Shown here piece by piece: positions 27,305 to 32,000 of a DNA stretch of 32,000 nt. Source of the stretch: Methanocaldococcus jannaschii DSM 2661 (GTDB taxonomy: Archaea > AGJL01 > Methanococci > Methanococcales > Methanocaldococcaceae); contig NC_000909.1 in NCBI RefSeq assembly GCF_000091665.1, positions 653,581-685,580 on the forward strand, read 5' to 3'. The notes under the pieces were generated by a model. That model saw only the letters and a list, made by a program, of their open reading frames with translations. It was not told the DNA's origin and ran no database searches. The stretch's first letter is position 1. Each line of letters begins with the position of its first letter. The position numbers and the translations under genes are program-made.

Positions 27305-27715
27305 TTATTGTTGCCAGCAACAACATCCACAATGGCAATGACATCCATATCCTCCTCTCATCCCATATCCGTAATGAGAGGCAGGATGATTCGTAAAGAT
27401 GAATCCAACCAATTCTCTGTCATAGTATAGAGGATACTTCTCACCAAATGGTGTATTGAATGGCTCTCCAACCTCTAATTTACTTAAATCAACATCTTTC
27501 CATAAAACTCCAACTATTTTCCCATCTATCTCCAAGTGAGAGAGGTTATAACCAAACGGTGTTGTGTGCTGAACAACCTCTGCAGTTTTTAAAATATCAA
27601 CTGGATTTATATCTGTATTTTCAGTTGTCTGAGTTTGATATGCCATCCATGGTGGAAAGGCATAAGCCATGCCTATCAATGCAATTCCCAATATTACCAT
27701 TAATAGTTTTTTCAT
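27305..27715 (-). CDS. Exported small protein with Cys/His-rich C-terminus
   Basis: MKKLLMVILGIALIGMAYA signal; C-terminus HPASHYGYGMRGGYGCHCHCGCCCWQQ. Confidence 0.75.
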   Translation of the reverse strand: MKKLLMVILGIALIGMAYAFPPWMAYQTQTTENTDINPVDILKTAEVVQHTTPFGYNLSHLEIDGKIVGVLWKDVDLSKLEVGEPFNTPFGEKYPLYYDRELVGFIFTNHPASHYGYGMRGGYGCHCHCGCCCWQQ

Positions 27716-27839
27716 TTTTTCACCTGAAGGGTAGTTATAGTATATGTATCTTTTTAACTACATATAGTAGTGTAAGAAAACAAATATATAAATTTTACTA
27801 AGTTGTGAAAATTATTGCACAACCATGAAAATAAAAAAT

Positions 27840-28574
27840 TTATTTTTTTAGGGCTTTTTCCACTACCTCAAATGCAATATAACCAGCCTTATGTAAAATA
27901 GTGTCTCCTAACTCTTTATCCATCTCCATACTGGCTAAACATGGATAGTTGTGGTGGGCATTTGCAATCTCTTCCTTTAAATCATCTATAGCCTTTCCTT
28001 TCAATCTTTTGGCTATATAATAGGTTTCCCCACAGGGAGCAGAGATTTTAACCTTAACATCTTTAATAAGGCCATTTTCAACTTCTATCTCCAATTCTGG
28101 CTTTCCTATCTTAAAGTAGTCAATAAATTTATTTATATATTCATTACCCTCTTTCTTCTCCAATGAACAGAAGGGTTTTGGGTTTTCGAACTCAATATTA
28201 TAGTTGCTGCAAACTCTCTTTAAATCTCTCCTCAATGCCAAAGACAAATCATGTGGTGTTTCAGAAGGAACAATTAAAGCTTTATATCCCTTTTCTTTTA
28301 ACAGTAGAGGAAGTTCATACAACAAATCTTCATGTAGTTGAGCTATACAAATATCCCCCTCTGGGAGTTCTGGAAGGTAATCGTAAGGGTTATCAACAAA
28401 CTCCTCATAAACTTCCTCAATAACGATATTTTTCACATTATTCTTAAAAGTCCAGTTTCCTCTGCAATTGTAACAATCATCACAAATTCTACAAAAATCT
28501 GGTTCATTCAAAAGGTTTTTATAGAATTTCTCCATTCTTTGATTATTTTTGTGGTAAATAAAAACTGCCCTCAT
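27840..28574 (-). CDS. DUF166-like protein (archaeal thymidylate-synthase-like annotation lineage)
   Basis: MRAVFIYHKNNQRMEKFYKNLLNEPDFCRICDDCYNCRGNW...ALIVPSETPHDLSL...VKISAPCGETYYIAKRLKGK. Probable start at internal MRAV. Confidence 0.65.
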   Translation of the reverse strand: MRAVFIYHKNNQRMEKFYKNLLNEPDFCRICDDCYNCRGNWTFKNNVKNIVIEEVYEEFVDNPYDYLPELPEGDICIAQLHEDLLYELPLLLKEKGYKALIVPSETPHDLSLALRRDLKRVCSNYNIEFENPKPFCSLEKKEGNEYINKFIDYFKIGKPELEIEVENGLIKDVKVKISAPCGETYYIAKRLKGKAIDDLKEEIANAHHNYPCLASMEMDKELGDTILHKAGYIAFEVVEKALKK

Positions 28575-28628
28575 AAACTCTCCCCTACAATTTTTATAAA
28601 AAGAATTGATGTTTAATACCAAAAATTT

Positions 28629-29072
28629 TTAAACTTTCTTAAATATTAACTTCACTTTTTCTTCAGTTTCTGGAACTACATCTGATAGCATCAATCTGCA
28701 GTTATTACTCACACTATAAATTTCTGAAAGCAAATACATAAATGGACATACATATGGCTTTAAGTTTTCTTCCATTAATTTTTTGAGGAAGAGGTCTAAT
28801 GTGGGATTTATAACTTCAAATATTACTTTTTTATCTTCTTCAACAATATTCAAATCCTCAGATAGCCCAAAAGTATTCACAAATAAATTTTTAATCTCCT
28901 CATTACTCATGTTTTCCTTTATAAAACCCAAATCTTTAAGTAGTTTTATCATCTCATAAGATGCTCTCCTTCCTAAAACCTTTCCTCCATCCCCCATAAC
29001 ATCATATATTGCCTTATTTATGCTGTAATAAAGAGCAGAGACAAATAAACTATCAATTCCTTTTTTGTTCAT
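28629..29072 (-). CDS. Hypothetical protein, possibly distantly V4R-like
   Basis: MNKKGIDSLFVSALYYSINKAIYDVMGDGGKVLGRRASYEMIKLL...; start at ATG 29072. Confidence 0.55.
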   Translation of the reverse strand: MNKKGIDSLFVSALYYSINKAIYDVMGDGGKVLGRRASYEMIKLLKDLGFIKENMSNEEIKNLFVNTFGLSEDLNIVEEDKKVIFEVINPTLDLFLKKLMEENLKPYVCPFMYLLSEIYSVSNNCRLMLSDVVPETEEKVKLIFKKV

Positions 29073-29115
29073 GATATCAATCCCAAAAATACCTCTACTA
29101 CATACCAATTATATT

Positions 29116-29448
29116 TTAAAACAAAATAACATTCCCTAAAGCCAATATAAACATCATTCCCATTAAAGCTAAATGAGCTGAATATATTCCAGTATTTTGA
29201 AACTGGGTCTTTAATATATTGCATATAGTTGGGCAAACTGTTAAAGGAGTTATTACTTGAAATGCTATTGCTAAATAACCTATTATATTATTGCTTATAA
29301 ATAATGACGCCAATGTTAATATAAAAGCTATCATTAAAGATGCAAAGTGTGGCATTAACCTCATTCCTGTCAATCTAAATGTGGCAAATCCTGAAAGCAT
29401 TGCTCCAAATATTACAGATAGAGAAACTAAACTTATTATCTCGTTCAT
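29116..29448 (-). CDS. Small conserved membrane protein
   Basis: Three to four hydrophobic segments; start at ATG 29448. Confidence 0.65.
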   Translation of the reverse strand: MNEIISLVSLSVIFGAMLSGFATFRLTGMRLMPHFASLMIAFILTLASLFISNNIIGYLAIAFQVITPLTVCPTICNILKTQFQNTGIYSAHLALMGMMFILALGNVILF

Positions 29449-29462
29449 TATCTCACCCTTTT

Positions 29463-30281
29463 TTATAACCAAACTGGTCTAACATTTGGTTTTGATAGAT
29501 AGTTTAGAAATGTTGGTGCTCCAGCAATCTCAAAACCTTCCTCTAAGTTTTTCTCATTAATTCCTCTAAACTCTGCACTCAACTCACAAACATAAATCTT
29601 AACCCCTTTACTCAAAATATCCCTAACTAAATCTCCTAATTTTGGAAATGCTGGATGCTTAACTCTATCACATTCTCCTTTTAAAGCCAAACTTGCCCCA
29701 TCCATCATTAAGAATATTGTTGGCTTTAAGTTCATTTTTAAGGCAACATCTGCCATCATGAATGTTGCATAAGCCTTTTCAGCATTTCCTGTTCCTGTTG
29801 TGTTTATAATGAAGAGTTCATCAATCTTTGTTACCGCTGCTTTTTCTTCTTTCTTCTCTCCCTTTTTAACCAATATTCTGTAAGTTCCGTCTCCTTTATC
29901 TTCAACTTTTATTATCTCATTGCCCATTCCCTTCAATCCTTCAGTTAAATCAGTTAAGGAATTTTTTCCACAGATGATTTCTAAAATCTCCCCATTCTTC
30001 ATTTTTGATAACATGTCAGAGACCATCATTATAGGTCCTGGACATGTAGCTCCAACAACATTGATGGTTTTATCTGCCTTAATCTCTCCAACGTAGATTT
30101 TAACAACATTTCCATCAACTTCATACTTTAGGTTGTATTTTTTTAATAACTTCTCAATGTCTTTTATCTGCTCCTCCCCGTCAGTTTCAACAACTAAAAT
30201 CCCCTCCTCTGTGTCATTTAAAATCATATCTATTAATAATGAAGGACTTCTCAATCCTTTAACCTTAAACTTTCTTATCAT
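29463..30281 (-). CDS. TusA-like + TusA + DsrE-like fusion protein
   Basis: FKVKGLRSPSLLIDMIL (degenerate TusA), VVGATCPGPIMMVSDMLSKMKNGEILEIICGKNS (canonical TusA CPxP), FIINTTGTGNAEKAYATFMMADVALKMNLKPTIFLMMDGASLALKG (DsrE). Confidence 0.85.
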   Translation of the reverse strand: MIRKFKVKGLRSPSLLIDMILNDTEEGILVVETDGEEQIKDIEKLLKKYNLKYEVDGNVVKIYVGEIKADKTINVVGATCPGPIMMVSDMLSKMKNGEILEIICGKNSLTDLTEGLKGMGNEIIKVEDKGDGTYRILVKKGEKKEEKAAVTKIDELFIINTTGTGNAEKAYATFMMADVALKMNLKPTIFLMMDGASLALKGECDRVKHPAFPKLGDLVRDILSKGVKIYVCELSAEFRGINEKNLEEGFEIAGAPTFLNYLSKPNVRPVWL

Positions 30282-30487
30282 TCTTATCACCTATGTCAAT
30301 ATTATGCACAAGGATTGTATAAAAAAATTATAAATTAATAATTCACGGTTGTGTTATATCTATGAACAAGTATTAACACTCATAATATATAAACCTTTCG
30401 ATTAAAAGTTTTTAAAATTATTGAGGTTTTACTAAAAACAATAAAAACAAAAGTTATCATACTTTCAAAATTTAAATATATAATTAT

Positions 30488-31243
30488 TTATAATCTATAA
30501 AACCCCTTCGCATTCTTATAAACTGAGGCAATTATCTTTTCCTCATCAACACCAATATTTTTCATATACAACTTAGTTCTTGGTAGTGCATAAATATCCG
30601 CCTTCAAACTACCCAAATCACTACTTAAAATGAATTTTTTGTTGTAATTTTTAATTATCTCTGCGGCTTCTTCGTGGGTTAGCTTCATTGACGGTTGGAC
30701 AGTTAAACCAACATAAACATCCCTATCGATTAAATCAACTGTCTCCTTATTTATATGGTCAATCATAACTAAGCTATCTTTTATTTTAACTTCATCTAAA
30801 ATCTTTAAAATTTCAATTAATGCCTCTTTTTTGTTCTTTTCTGGTGTATGGATAATTATTGGCATATTATAATCTTTAGCTAAATATAACTGCTCTCTCA
30901 AAAGGTTCTTCTCATCCTCTGTTAGATAATGCAAACCAGTTTCTCCAATAGCAACAACGTTCTCATTATCTAAAAACTCTGGAAGTTTTTTTATTAAAAC
31001 CTCCCAATTCTTTGGATACCCCATAGGATGAACTCCAACTGCTACTTTAACTTCAACACCAGCCATCTCTCCCCTCTTAACCTCTAAATTAATCAACCTA
31101 TCCCAGTGGTCTAAATAAACCTCTGGAGTACTCATTTTATATGGGTCGTGAGCACAGGTTATAATTGTCTCAATTCCACTCAATGCCATTTTTTCCAAAT
31201 CTTCAAAGCTCCTAACATCTAAGTGAGTGTGGGCATCTATCAT
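30488..31243 (-). CDS. TatD-like metal-dependent hydrolase
   Basis: MIDAHTHLDVRSFEDL, AVGVHPMGYP, VVAIGETGLHYL, MPIIIHTPEKNKKEAL, FILSSDLGS. Confidence 0.88.
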   Translation of the reverse strand: MIDAHTHLDVRSFEDLEKMALSGIETIITCAHDPYKMSTPEVYLDHWDRLINLEVKRGEMAGVEVKVAVGVHPMGYPKNWEVLIKKLPEFLDNENVVAIGETGLHYLTEDEKNLLREQLYLAKDYNMPIIIHTPEKNKKEALIEILKILDEVKIKDSLVMIDHINKETVDLIDRDVYVGLTVQPSMKLTHEEAAEIIKNYNKKFILSSDLGSLKADIYALPRTKLYMKNIGVDEEKIIASVYKNAKGFYRL

Positions 31244-31252
31244 CCTATCACC

Positions 31253-32000
31253 TTAATTTATTTTGTCTTTGAATAACTCTCCACTATAAACTTTGTTTAT
31301 CGTTTTTATTAAAGTTACTATCCAAAAGAAGAACAACAACCAATATAACCCAAAGCCTATGTAATCAACTATCTCAAACCCAAAGATTTTATAAACCAAG
31401 TGTGTTGAAGCAATATAAACCCCTAATGGGAAGATGAATGCCCACCATGACATTGCGTAGGGTAGTTTTAGCTTTTTAACGTAATAGAGAGTCATGATTA
31501 TAGCCATCAAACTCCACCATAATCCAAAGCCCCAGAATATGAAGGAGAAGATATAGAATGGTTCTTTTATAGTTATGAATGGGGAATTATTCACCATGTT
31601 TATTAAGGCAACAATTCCAGCCCCTATTGGCCCCAAGTTAATCCATACGGTTGGAGCCATTGCTGAAGGTAGAGGATGATGCAGTATAAACCTATAAATC
31701 ACAACTGCTAATAAAGCTAAATATAAGAAGAACCCGGCACCCCAACCAAAGTAATTAATAAGAACCGTTAATTCATGCCAAACTCCAGTTAAATGAGGCA
31801 TTATCAAACTCCCGGCAATTGGAATAACTATCAAACCAACCGGTGGAATATACCAACCCGGATTAACATGGTCTAACTTTATACTCTCAGACTTAAACAT
31901 ATAAAACGGAACTATCAAACTGAATAAAAACATGCCAATAGCACCAAAAACCCAGAAGATTTTCCCTAAAAAGAGGTTATTTTTTATTAATATGAAATCA
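31253..32000 (-). CDS. TDT-family (tellurite-resistance/dicarboxylate) transporter, truncated by window edge
   Basis: Multi-TM; PGWYIPPVGLIVIPIAGSLI...LPSAMAPTVWINLGPIGAG...YAMSWWAFIFPLG. Frame continues open upstream of 31933 to the window edge. Confidence 0.85.
   Translation of the reverse strand, partial: DFILIKNNLFLGKIFWVFGAIGMFLFSLIVPFYMFKSESIKLDHVNPGWYIPPVGLIVIPIAGSLIMPHLTGVWHELTVLINYFGWGAGFFLYLALLAVVIYRFILHHPLPSAMAPTVWINLGPIGAGIVALINMVNNSPFITIKEPFYIFSFIFWGFGLWWSLMAIIMTLYYVKKLKLPYAMSWWAFIFPLGVYIASTHLVYKIFGFEIVDYIGFGLYWLLFFFWIVTLIKTINKVYSGELFKDKIN

Overview
AT-rich archaeal chromosomal segment, almost certainly Methanocaldococcus (gene content and order match my memory of the M. jannaschii MJ0719-MJ0762 region; locus numbers are from memory, not a search). 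Most genes are on the minus strand. Main content: (1) metabolic genes (LeuB-type dehydrogenase, ArgD), a ferredoxin and the Lrp-type regulator Ptr2; (2) a cooS-type CO dehydrogenase followed by a degenerate 'hydrogenase' module: an FrhA homolog lacking canonical NiFe ligands, a small-subunit homolog with extra 4Fe-4S motifs, and an FrhB homolog. This is the strongest candidate for an undescribed system; (3) an O2/peroxide-defence and thiol-redox island (AfpA- and Isf-type flavoproteins, two FprA paralogs, rubrerythrin, two rubredoxins, peroxiredoxin, superoxide reductase, AhpD-like, ferritin-like, hemerythrin, two V4R proteins, HdrB/HdrC) with recurring palindromic sites next to promoters; (4) two NapH-like membrane ferredoxins, a frameshifted TnpB element, and a putative extracytoplasmic redox set including a DUF2202 lipoprotein split by a frameshift; (5) a TusA-TusA-DsrE fusion, TatD-like and TDT-transporter genes. 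Three structured intergenic or inserted DNA features look underexplored: concentric inverted repeats at 3013-3121, an approx. 135-bp insertion with 38-bp direct repeats at 5156-5328, and a near-perfect 38-nt hairpin at 24482-24519. No tRNA, rRNA or CRISPR array was recognised.
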